From: Solirubrobacteraceae bacterium
GTDB lineage: Bacteria; Actinomycetota; Thermoleophilia; Solirubrobacterales; Solirubrobacteraceae
Direction: 5' to 3'
DNA length: 64,000 nt
Assembly: GCA_049591655.1 (NCBI GenBank)
Contig: JBAWFG010000042.1
Location: 6,849 to 70,848, forward strand
The translations under genes and the position numbers were made by a program. This document shows positions 45,358 through 53,691 of the stretch, in pieces. The notes under the pieces were generated by a model. The model made no database searches, was not told the origin of the DNA, and was given only the letters and a program-made list of their open reading frames with translations. Each line of letters opens with the position of its first letter. The first letter of the stretch is position 1.

Positions 45358-46086
45358 ATGTCGACCAACGGACAGGGCACTGAGGACGTATACGAGCGGG
45401 TCCGCGCCGCGATCCTCGACGGCGAGCTCGCCCCGGGCGCGGTGATGTCGCAGGTCGCTCTGGCCGAGGAGCTGGGGATCAGTCGCACGCCGCTGCGCGA
45501 GGCGCTGCGCATGCTCCAGAGCGAGGGCCTCGTCGAAGGCGAGCCGAACCGGCGTGTGCGCGTGGCCCCGATGACCGCACGCGACCTCGAGGAGGTGTGT
45601 GTCATGCGGGTGACGCTCGAGGCCGAGGCGCTGCGGCTGTCGGTCCCCGCGATGACCTCGGAGGACATCGCCCGCCTGGAGGGCCACATGGCCGAGATGG
45701 CGCACTACGCCAACGAGAAGGACTACCGGCGCTGGAACGTGCCCCATAAGCGCTTTCATCGGACGCTCACCGAGCATGCCGGCGAGCGGGTCAACTTCGT
45801 GCTCGGCCAGATGTTTGATCATGCTGAGCGCTACCGCCGTCTGCACATCGGCCAGGGGCCGAGCGCCTGGGCCACCCCGCAGCATCGTGACATCCTCGAT
45901 GCCTGCAAGGCCGGCGACCGGGAGCGTGCCGGAGCGCTGCTCGCCGGCCACCTCGCGCGGACCGGGCTGGAGGTCTCCGAGCTGCTCGATCCCGGCTATG
46001 AGCCACGGCTATTGCAGGCCGCCGTCGTCGACGCCGGGGCCGAGCTGCCGACCCGACGCGGCCGCAAGCGTTCCGCGGGCAGCTGA
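45358..46086 (+). CDS. GntR-family transcriptional regulator, FadR/FCD subfamily
   Basis: N-terminal winged HTH (GAVMSQVALAEELGISRTPLREALRMLQSEGLV) plus an all-helical C-terminal FCD-like domain with His residues. Confidence 0.9.
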   Translation: MSTNGQGTEDVYERVRAAILDGELAPGAVMSQVALAEELGISRTPLREALRMLQSEGLVEGEPNRRVRVAPMTARDLEEVCVMRVTLEAEALRLSVPAMTSEDIARLEGHMAEMAHYANEKDYRRWNVPHKRFHRTLTEHAGERVNFVLGQMFDHAERYRRLHIGQGPSAWATPQHRDILDACKAGDRERAGALLAGHLARTGLEVSELLDPGYEPRLLQAAVVDAGAELPTRRGRKRSAGS

Positions 46087-46126
46087 GCATCGTCCCCGCC
46101 GGGCGGCGGGCACGTCTCACTCAGCG

Positions 46127-46190
46127 CACTAGCTGGCGACGTCGGCGGCGAGGATCGGCACTAGCTGGCGACGTCGGCGGCGAGGATCGG
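46127..46190. repeat. perfect 32-bp tandem duplication (2 copies) spanning the stop codon of the HAD gene
   Basis: CACTAGCTGGCGACGTCGGCGGCGAGGATCGG occurs at 46127-46158 and again at 46159-46190. Confidence 0.95.
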
Positions 46191-46838
46191 GTCGACGACC
46201 TCAGCGACGTCGTCGCCGACAATGTCTGGCTGGGCGCCCAGCGGGCTGAGGACCATACCCGGCCGGGCGATGAACGCTGCGCGCGCCCCCGCCGCCAGCG
46301 CGCCGGCGATGTCCCAGCTGTGGGCAGCGACGAGCCTGACCTGCCCAATCTCCACGCCATGGCGTTCGGCGACGGCACGATACGGCGCGGGGGCGGGTTT
46401 GAGCGCCCCGACGGTGTCCGCCGACAGGATGCTGTCGAAATGGGTGTCAATCCCCGCGTTGCGCAGCTGATCCTCGGCAACGTCCTGCACGGAGTTGGTG
46501 AGCGCGACGAGCTGCAGGCCGCCGGCGGCCAGCCGGGCCAGGGCGGTCGCAACCTCGGGATGGGGCGGCAGGGAGCGCATCCGCTGCACGATCGCCGTGA
46601 CGGCGTCATCGCTCACCTGTCGGCCTGACCGGCGGGCGACCATGTGCAGCGCGGCTCGCTGGGCGGTGGTGAAATCGACGTACTGTCCGGTGAGGCCGCC
46701 GACGAACGACAGCTGCAGCATCTGGGCGAACCATTGCCCCCGGAGCTCGGCGGCGCCGAGCAGCTCCTCAAAGGGACCGTCGAGCGCCCGGAGATCAAGC
46801 AGCGTCTCGTTGACGTCAAAGGCGATGATGCGGCTCAT
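46161..46838 (-). CDS. HAD-superfamily hydrolase, type II haloacid dehalogenase-like
   Basis: Motif I FDVNETLLDL, motif II LTNS and late AAHSWDIAGA pattern. Confidence 0.85.
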   Translation of the reverse strand: MSRIIAFDVNETLLDLRALDGPFEELLGAAELRGQWFAQMLQLSFVGGLTGQYVDFTTAQRAALHMVARRSGRQVSDDAVTAIVQRMRSLPPHPEVATALARLAAGGLQLVALTNSVQDVAEDQLRNAGIDTHFDSILSADTVGALKPAPAPYRAVAERHGVEIGQVRLVAAHSWDIAGALAAGARAAFIARPGMVLSPLGAQPDIVGDDVAEVVDPILAADVAS

Positions 46839-46871
46839 GTCTGGCTCCTCGTGTGGGTCCGGGCTCGATGA

Positions 46872-48230
46872 TCAGTCGCGGGGGAGGTCTACAACGATCC
46901 GCGCGCCGGCAGGGCTGTCGGCGATCCGGACGTCCCCGCCGAGGCGCCGGGACAGCCGCCGGGCCAGCGGCAATCCGAGGCCCGCGCTTGTCAGCAGCGC
47001 TACGCCCGCGGGAGCGGACCTGAATCCCGGCTCGAACACGTTCTCGGCGTCCTCAGGGGGTATGCCGGGGCCGTCGTCCTGGATGGCGAATCCGATCTCG
47101 CGGTCGGCGGGGACGATCTCCACGGTCACGTGCCGGTCGGCGAAGCGGCATGCGTTCTCCAGCAGCGGAGCGAGGATCCGCTCGACAACGCCGGAATCGA
47201 ACGGGATCCGAAGTGGCATTGTCGGCGGGACAAGCTTCAGCTCAACTCCGGCGTCGGCGGCGACCTGCCGGAACGGCTCGATTGCGGCCCGGGCGGCGAT
47301 GGTGGCATCACAGCTGGCCTGCGATTCACCGGCCTCGGCGCGGGCGGCGGTCATCAGCGTGTCCAGGATCCGTGTCATCTGCCGGGCGCTGTTGAGGATC
47401 CGCTGGAAACTGGCCGCCTGGTCGTCGGTCAGCCGGCCGTGGCGTAGCGCGTACTGCGTCTCGGCGCTGATCTGGGTCAGCGGCGTTCGCAGCTCGTGGG
47501 AGAGTTCGGCGGTCAGGTTCTGTTCGTGACGAAGACTCGCCGCGACCCGGTCGAGCAGCCCATCGAGGGTTGTGGCCAGGGTGGTGAACTCGTCGTGAGG
47601 CTCGCCGAGGGCAAACCGGCGGTCGAGTTGCTGCTCACTCCATTCCGCCGCCTGCATGGTCATCTCCGACACCGGTCGCAGCGACCGGGCGATCATCCAT
47701 CGGCTGGTGGCCGCGACCGCCACGAGTGCCAGCAGCGCCAGCAGCGACGAGGCGAGCAGGGCGATCCGCCGGATTTCCTCATACGGCCCGAGCTCCACCG
47801 CTGCCACCACGGTGCCCAGTCGCCGGGACCGCGAGGTCACCGGCAGTCCGTACAGGCGTAGGTCCTGAGCGGGAAGGTCGGCGAAGCCTCGCCCGCGCCG
47901 CGTGAGCATGAGGGCCAGGGTGAGCGCCTCTCGTCCGAGGCGCGGCGCCTCGAGCGGTTTGGTGCCGCTGAACACCCAGGTCGGCGTGTCGAGCCCGCCG
48001 GCGTCGAGCGTTTCCACCAGATCGATGCCGGCGGGGGTGATCTTGAGCGCGTCGAGCTCAGCCGACGCACGGGCGGTCGCGACATTGTCGGCGTCGTGGG
48101 CAAGGCGGTTGGCGATCAGAAGGTTGAAGCCACCGGTGAGCGCGATCAGCGTGGCGGCCATGGCGGCGACCACGGTCAGCCAGATCCGCTCGCGGAGTCC
48201 GAAACGCGCGGACATGAGCCGGGCGATCAT
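46872..48230 (-). CDS. sensor histidine kinase (HAMP + HisKA + HATPase)
   Basis: H-box LSHELRTPLT. N/G boxes (NACRFA, DDGPGI, GLGLPLA). ATG 48230 overlaps the response-regulator stop (ATGA). Confidence 0.9.
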   Translation of the reverse strand: MIARLMSARFGLRERIWLTVVAAMAATLIALTGGFNLLIANRLAHDADNVATARASAELDALKITPAGIDLVETLDAGGLDTPTWVFSGTKPLEAPRLGREALTLALMLTRRGRGFADLPAQDLRLYGLPVTSRSRRLGTVVAAVELGPYEEIRRIALLASSLLALLALVAVAATSRWMIARSLRPVSEMTMQAAEWSEQQLDRRFALGEPHDEFTTLATTLDGLLDRVAASLRHEQNLTAELSHELRTPLTQISAETQYALRHGRLTDDQAASFQRILNSARQMTRILDTLMTAARAEAGESQASCDATIAARAAIEPFRQVAADAGVELKLVPPTMPLRIPFDSGVVERILAPLLENACRFADRHVTVEIVPADREIGFAIQDDGPGIPPEDAENVFEPGFRSAPAGVALLTSAGLGLPLARRLSRRLGGDVRIADSPAGARIVVDLPRD

Positions 48231-48892
48231 CCGAGTCGGTACCCGACGCCGTGGACCGTCGAGATCGCGGGCGCTCCGGCGAGTTGACGCAGCTTGCGCC
48301 GCAGCCGTGCAACGTAGACGTCGAGGGTGTTGTCGTGGACGATCGCTCCATGCGGCCATGCCGCATTGGTCAGCTCGGCGCGCGTGAGCGCATGATCACC
48401 ACGGGCGGCGAGCGCGGCGAGCAGCCGGAACTCGGTGGGGGAGAGGGTCTGGCTCTGTTCGCCGAGCGACACCGTCAGCTCGGTGGGGTCGAACAGCAGC
48501 CCCGCGGTGTGGTACTGGCGTGACGTGCCGGCGCGCCGCATGAGCGCGTTGAGGCGAGCGCACAACTCCTCGATGTCAAACGGCTTGGTCAGGTAGTCGT
48601 CCCCGCCGGCGTTGAACCCGGACAGGCGGTCCGGGAGAGCATCGCGCGCGGTGAGGAACAGGATCGGGCTGCTGATGCCCCGCGCTCGCAGCGCCTGGCA
48701 CACGTCGCGGCCGTCGGCGTCGGGCAGGCCCACGTCGATCACCAGCACGTCAGCACGGTCCTCGACGGCGCGCTCGATGAACCGATGTCCGGTGGCCACT
48801 GCCGTTACGTCGAAGCCCTCGGCGAGCAGGCTGCGCACGAGCACCTCGCGCAGGTCGTCGTCGTCCTCGACGAGCAGCAGCTTCGGTTCCAT
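48227..48892 (-). CDS. OmpR-family response regulator
   Basis: LLLVEDDDD, VLVIDVGLPDADG, LTARD, KPF, and C-terminal winged helix (VYVARLRRKL...VHGVGYRL). Confidence 0.9.
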   Translation of the reverse strand: MEPKLLLVEDDDDLREVLVRSLLAEGFDVTAVATGHRFIERAVEDRADVLVIDVGLPDADGRDVCQALRARGISSPILFLTARDALPDRLSGFNAGGDDYLTKPFDIEELCARLNALMRRAGTSRQYHTAGLLFDPTELTVSLGEQSQTLSPTEFRLLAALAARGDHALTRAELTNAAWPHGAIVHDNTLDVYVARLRRKLRQLAGAPAISTVHGVGYRLG

Positions 48893-48997
48893 CACGGCTT
48901 GCAGTATCGCCGGGACGTCGACCCGGACCTGACCGGGACCTGAATACCGCACCGGATTCGGGCCGATGTGCCAGATCCGGGGCTAGCGTCACTCACC

Positions 48998-49921
48998 ATG
49001 CTCACCACCGCGACTGCTCATCTCATCTCGACCTTTCAGGCGATCGTGCTTGGCGTCCTGCAGGGTGCGACCGAGCTCTTCCCCGTCTCCAGCCTCGGGC
49101 ACACCGTCCTGTTCCCGACGCTGTTTCGCTGGCACAACGTTGTCGCCTGGCAGTCGCAGTCGGAGTCCCCGTGGCTGGCCTTCGTGGTCATGCTGCACGT
49201 CGGCTCGGCAGTTGGCCTGCTCATCTACTTCTGGCGTGACTGGATCGCCCTGACGCAGGCGTTTTTTCAGACGTTGCGCAAGCGTCGCGCCGAGACCGCC
49301 ACCGAGCGGCTCGCCTGGCTGATCATCGTGGCGACGATTCCGGTCGGGATCCTCGGCCTGGCGCTCGAGCATCCGATCCGCGTCGCGCTGGCCAAGCCGA
49401 TGACGGCGGCGATCTTCCTCATGGTCAACGGCTGCATCCTGCTCGGCGCCGAGCGCTTCCGCCGGCGCGCCGACGTCCGTGCGCTGGCCCGGCGGGAGGG
49501 TGGCACCGCCGAGGGTGACCGGCGCCTTGACACGCTGCGCTACCGCGAGGCCGGGGTGATCGGCGTCGCGCAGTCGACTGCGCTGATCGCCGGGATCAGT
49601 CGCGACGGCGTCGTGATGACCGCCGGCCTGGCCCGCGGCCTCGACAACTCCGATGCCGCCCGGTATGGGTTCCTGCTCGCCACGCCACCGATCCTCGTCG
49701 CCGGGCTCTACAAGCTCTCGGACCTCACCGGCCCCCTCGGTAACGGTGGTGTGCGGGGTGCGGCGGTGATCGCCGCGGTGTTCGCCGCGATCACGGCCGT
49801 CGTGACGGTGCATTTCCTGACCCGCTACTTCCGCCAGCGCACCCTGGTGCCGTTCGGGATCTACTGCATCCTGTTCGGCGCCTTCATGGCCGTGTTCACC
49901 GCGGTGGCCGGTACGCCGTAG
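48998..49921 (+). CDS. uppP: undecaprenyl-diphosphate phosphatase
   Basis: GVLQGATELFPVSSLGH signature and 8 TM segments. Start taken at MLTTATA. Confidence 0.9.
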   Translation: MLTTATAHLISTFQAIVLGVLQGATELFPVSSLGHTVLFPTLFRWHNVVAWQSQSESPWLAFVVMLHVGSAVGLLIYFWRDWIALTQAFFQTLRKRRAETATERLAWLIIVATIPVGILGLALEHPIRVALAKPMTAAIFLMVNGCILLGAERFRRRADVRALARREGGTAEGDRRLDTLRYREAGVIGVAQSTALIAGISRDGVVMTAGLARGLDNSDAARYGFLLATPPILVAGLYKLSDLTGPLGNGGVRGAAVIAAVFAAITAVVTVHFLTRYFRQRTLVPFGIYCILFGAFMAVFTAVAGTP

Positions 49922-50041
49922 ACACCCGCGGCCGGCGGGCCACGGCTCGTCGGCCGGGCGGGCATTCAGGAGAAATTCATCTCCGAGCGCCAGGCTGCGA
50001 TCGTGACCCTCATCGCCAGACCCGCCGTCGGGTAGCCCGCG

Positions 50042-50716
50042 GTGTCCGGCGTCCTGCCCTCCCTCTGGCACTCCGCCGGAGCGGTTTCATCGACGGCCTC
50101 GATCACCGCGTCGCTGGCCGATTTCGCCACCAGCGTGGTCGGTAGCCTCGGGCTGGCCGGCATCTTCGTCCTCATGCTGCTGGACTGCGCCTGCATCCCG
50201 ATTCCCTCGGAGGTCACGATGTTGTTCGGGGGGTTCGCGGTGTCACGCGGGGACTACAGCCTGATCGCGGTGATCATCGCCGGCGTTCTCGGCAACCTCG
50301 TCGGCTCGTGGCTGGCCTACGGTGTTGGTCGCTACGGCTCAGATCGCCTGCTGAACCGGCGCGGCGGACGGCTGTTGCTCCACGGCAATGCGCTGGAGCG
50401 CAGCCAGAGGTGGTTCGAGCGTTACGGCGCCGCGTCGGTGTTCTTCTCGCGGATGCTGCCGCTCGTCCGGACGTTCATATCGCTCCCAGCCGGGTTCGCT
50501 CGCATGGAGTTCTGGCGCTTCACCGTGTTCACATTGCTCGGTTGCATCCCGTGGGTGGCCGGGCTGGCAATCCTCGGCGACGCCGTCGGCCGCAACTGGA
50601 CTCAGTGGAAGGACCACCTGCACTACGTTGACTACGCGGTGGTGGGGCTGGCCGCAGTCGCCATTGCGGTTCTGGTGGCCCGCCAGGCCCAGCGGCGTCT
50701 CAGGCAGGCGGGCTGA
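50042..50716 (+). CDS. DedA-family membrane protein
   Basis: CIPIPSEVTMLFGGF and SRMLPLVRTFISLPAG are DedA/SNARE-associated signatures. GTG start. Confidence 0.85.
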   Translation: MSGVLPSLWHSAGAVSSTASITASLADFATSVVGSLGLAGIFVLMLLDCACIPIPSEVTMLFGGFAVSRGDYSLIAVIIAGVLGNLVGSWLAYGVGRYGSDRLLNRRGGRLLLHGNALERSQRWFERYGAASVFFSRMLPLVRTFISLPAGFARMEFWRFTVFTLLGCIPWVAGLAILGDAVGRNWTQWKDHLHYVDYAVVGLAAVAIAVLVARQAQRRLRQAG

Positions 50717-50721
50717 GGCGC

Positions 50722-51462
50722 ATGAGAGCGACTTCGCACAACGTCCGGCGCCCCGGGCAGTCGGTCCTCGTGGCCGAGCCGGCCAGTCCGTCGCGGGCGG
50801 TGCTGATGGCCGACCTGCGACGCAGCGGATACGAGGTCACCGCGGCCGATGACCTGGCGGGGGCGATCTCCGAGCTGGTCGCCGGACGCTTCCATGTCGT
50901 CGTGCTCGACGCGGGGCTCGCTGGAGGGTCGGGCGGTGACGTGCCGGCCTGCCAGGAGATGATCGGAGCTGAGATCCCGGTCATCCTGCTCATGCGGGGG
51001 GCGAGTGTGGCCGACCGGGTCCACGCGCTCGAGGCGGGCGCTGTCGACGTCGTCGCCACGCCGTATTCGCCCCTGGAGCTCGCCGCTCGGGTGCGCACTC
51101 GGATCCGCTTCATGCGCGAGGCGAGCCCGATGCGCCTGCGCGGCGCGGGCATCGAGATCGATCTGATCACGCGGGAGGTCACGCTTGGCGACGAGCCCGT
51201 GCTCCTCTCCAACACCGAGTACCGCCTGCTCGTCTACTTCCTGCGCAACGCCGGGTTGGCGTGCCATCGCCGGGAGATCGTCACCGCGGTGTGGGGTGGC
51301 GAGGCCCGGGCCGACGGCAACCTCGTGGAGGTCTACGTCGGCTACCTGCGCCGCAAGCTGGACCGTGACGGCGCGCCGTTTCCGCTGTCGACGCTGCGCA
51401 ACATCGGCTACCGATTCGACTCTGCGCCCTCTGCGGCCTCGGCTCCCGCCCGGGCCGCCTGA
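50722..51462 (+). CDS. atypical OmpR-type response regulator (degenerate receiver)
   Basis: Intact winged-helix output (TEYRLLVYFLRN...VEVYVGYLRRKL...IGYRF). The receiver has AEP for the acidic DD pair, LLM for LTA and TPY for KPF. The Asp in VVVLDAG is retained. Confidence 0.8.
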   Translation: MRATSHNVRRPGQSVLVAEPASPSRAVLMADLRRSGYEVTAADDLAGAISELVAGRFHVVVLDAGLAGGSGGDVPACQEMIGAEIPVILLMRGASVADRVHALEAGAVDVVATPYSPLELAARVRTRIRFMREASPMRLRGAGIEIDLITREVTLGDEPVLLSNTEYRLLVYFLRNAGLACHRREIVTAVWGGEARADGNLVEVYVGYLRRKLDRDGAPFPLSTLRNIGYRFDSAPSAASAPARAA

Positions 51463-51596
51463 GCGTCTCGTACCCAGGGGTTCGTGCAATCTAAGCCCCC
51501 ATAAGCGGCACCAGTCGACACACGTGCAACCAAAGGCAGCGGGACCCGCGCGGACGTGAGAGATTGGTCCTCCCACGAGAGACCGAGGGAGGACCC

Positions 51597-51848
51597 ATGA
51601 GCCTGACGAGCACCCCCAATCCGGTGTTGCACCACGTGACGCTGAAAACCAACCGCGTCGAGGAGATGATGCGCTGGTATGAGACGGTCGTCGGCATGAC
51701 GATCAACCACCACAGCCGGTTCGGAGCCTGGATGACCAATGACGGGGCCAACCACCGGGTCGCACTGCTCGCGCATCCGTCGCTCACCGAGGACCCGGGC
51801 ACCCCGCTCGATCTGCGCCTGCCGCCGGAGCCCGCCCCGCTGGCCTGA
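51597..51848 (+). pseudogene. truncated VOC/one-domain extradiol dioxygenase-like fragment (83 aa)
   Basis: LHHVTLKTNRVEEMMRWYETVVGM...MTNDGANHRVAL matches the first half-module of BphC-III-related VOC proteins (from memory). It then ends where the second metal-ligand region should follow. RBS GAGGGAGG. Confidence 0.5.
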
Positions 51849-51849
51849 G

Positions 51850-52671
51850 ATGGCGGCGCTGGACGGGATCCACGTCACCGAATGGGGGGCCGGGGGGCCG
51901 GCCGTCGTGATGATCCACGGCGGCCCGCAGGGCAGCCCGGCCGGGGGGAGCCAGGAGTTCGCCGCCCAGCGTCCGCTCACGCAGTGCGGCTGGCGGCTCG
52001 TGCTGCCCGACCGCCCGGGCCACGGCCAGACCCCGTCCCGCGGTCCTGAGGACATGGAGGTCGACGCCGTCTGGGTGACCGAACTGCTCGGGGACGGTGC
52101 GCATCTCGTCGGGCACTCGTTCGGTGGCTGTGTGGCACTGGCTGCGGCTGCCCTGCGCCCGGAGGCGGTGATCTCGCTGACGCTTGTCGAGCCGCCGCTG
52201 TTTCCGGTGGCGGCTCCTGACCCCGATGTCGCGGCCCTCTCCGAGGAACTGCATCGGCTGCACGGCGCAACCGACATGGACCCGATTCCGCGGCTCGTCG
52301 CCTTCAGTCGTGCGGTGGCGATCCCCTCCCCGCCATCGGGTACGGCCCCGCCGGCCGACGTGCTGGCACGCATGGGGGAGGGGTTGTCGGCGATGCGCCC
52401 TCCAGATGCCTGGGATTGCCGGCCGGCGGTGCAGACGGTCGCCGACGCCGGGCTGCCGGTGCTCGTCATCACTGGCGGCTGGGGCCGTGCGTTCGGCGCG
52501 GTCGGCGATGCGGTGGCGCGGATCACCGGCGGCGAGCACCGCGTCGTTGCCTCCGGCCATCACTTCCCGCATCGGCGCGCTGAGGAGTTCAACGCGGTGC
52601 TCGACGCGTTCATGACCCGTGCCGGACGGACTGAGTCCGAGATCAGCGGGACGGACGGGTCGGGCGGATGA
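51850..52671 (+). CDS. alpha/beta hydrolase
   Basis: VVMIHGGP, nucleophile elbow GHSFGG and late SGHHFPH. Confidence 0.8.
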   Translation: MAALDGIHVTEWGAGGPAVVMIHGGPQGSPAGGSQEFAAQRPLTQCGWRLVLPDRPGHGQTPSRGPEDMEVDAVWVTELLGDGAHLVGHSFGGCVALAAAALRPEAVISLTLVEPPLFPVAAPDPDVAALSEELHRLHGATDMDPIPRLVAFSRAVAIPSPPSGTAPPADVLARMGEGLSAMRPPDAWDCRPAVQTVADAGLPVLVITGGWGRAFGAVGDAVARITGGEHRVVASGHHFPHRRAEEFNAVLDAFMTRAGRTESEISGTDGSGG

Positions 52672-53239
52672 TGTGCCCGTAGCGATGCAGGAAGTCGGTA
52701 TGGGCCCGGCCGGCTGAGGTTCTGAGGGTCGTAACCGAGCCTTTGACGCTCTTCAGCGCCGGATGCACCGCGTGGCCGGCCAGGGCGAGGAGGAGCAATC
52801 CGGCGAATGCCGAGGTCTCCCCGGGGGTTGCCCCGGTGATCGCGTACAGCGTCTCGCGCCCCAGGGACACGCCGATCAGCGAGTCGGCGATGTCCGGGGG
52901 CTTGGGGGGCTGGAGCGCCGGCGCCATTTTCGCCTTCAGCGCACCGGCGGCAACGCCCAGGGCGATCAGGGTGACGAGTCCCGAGTTCTCCCCGGAGATC
53001 CCGAACAGCCGCTTGATCACGCCGGCGCGTGCCGTGTTGAGCAGTAGGTAGACGACCCGGGCGTCGGCCACGACCAGTCGGGCGCCGCCGAAGTACTCCT
53101 CGCGCGTCGCCTGGCGCAACGCGGTGATCTGCTCACCGGGACGATGGCCGTTGGACCCGGGAGATGTCGTCACCGCCGGTGGGACCTCGCTTGCGCTCAT
53201 GGCCTTCAGTCTCAGTGCCCCGTGGCGATGGCGGCTCAT
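52643..53239 (-). CDS. hypothetical protein
   Basis: ORF only, with two or three hydrophobic stretches. Start uncertain (MSASEV alternative). The 3' end overlaps the convergent hydrolase gene by 29 bp. Confidence 0.4.
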   Translation of the reverse strand: MSRHRHGALRLKAMSASEVPPAVTTSPGSNGHRPGEQITALRQATREEYFGGARLVVADARVVYLLLNTARAGVIKRLFGISGENSGLVTLIALGVAAGALKAKMAPALQPPKPPDIADSLIGVSLGRETLYAITGATPGETSAFAGLLLLALAGHAVHPALKSVKGSVTTLRTSAGRAHTDFLHRYGHIIRPTRPSR

Positions 53240-53310
53240 CCCGATGGGGTGATGTGGCAGGGCGACCGGCGGCCGACGATCGGCCCCATCACCACCGATC
53301 GGAGCACATC

Positions 53311-53691
53311 ATGATGCTGGTCACGATGCTCACCTGGGCCCTGGTGGCCCTGATGTCGCTGCTGGCCGCCCACGGGGTGGTCTTGGGGCGGCTGTCGCTG
53401 GGCCTGGGAGCTCTCGCCGCATTCACCGGGACGGGACTGAGCATCCTCTACGTGATCCTGGCCGGGCCGGCTGGATTTCAGTGGGCCGCGGTGGGGTGCG
53501 CCGTCGTCGGCTTCGTCGTGGTGTCGATCGGCGCCTACGGGCTCGTCAACTCGGACGGTAGCGTGACGACGTCGGGCAGTCAGCGCGTGGAGGAGTCCTC
53601 AGCCCTGTGGGCGGGATTGCTGCTGCCGTTCTTCATGGTCGTGGCGCTGATGTCGCTCTACACCGCGGTGCATGGCGTGACGTCCTACTGA
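53311..53691 (+). CDS. small integral membrane protein (4 TM), unknown function
   Basis: ATG at 53311 follows GGAG. The product is almost entirely hydrophobic. Confidence 0.6.
   Translation: MMLVTMLTWALVALMSLLAAHGVVLGRLSLGLGALAAFTGTGLSILYVILAGPAGFQWAAVGCAVVGFVVVSIGAYGLVNSDGSVTTSGSQRVEESSALWAGLLLPFFMVVALMSLYTAVHGVTSY

Noticed and set aside
46096-46112. Short GC hairpin CCCGCC-GGGC-GGCGGG after the GntR gene, as a possible terminator.
   Set aside because: The stem is only 6 bp with no U-tract, which is indistinguishable from chance in this GC content.
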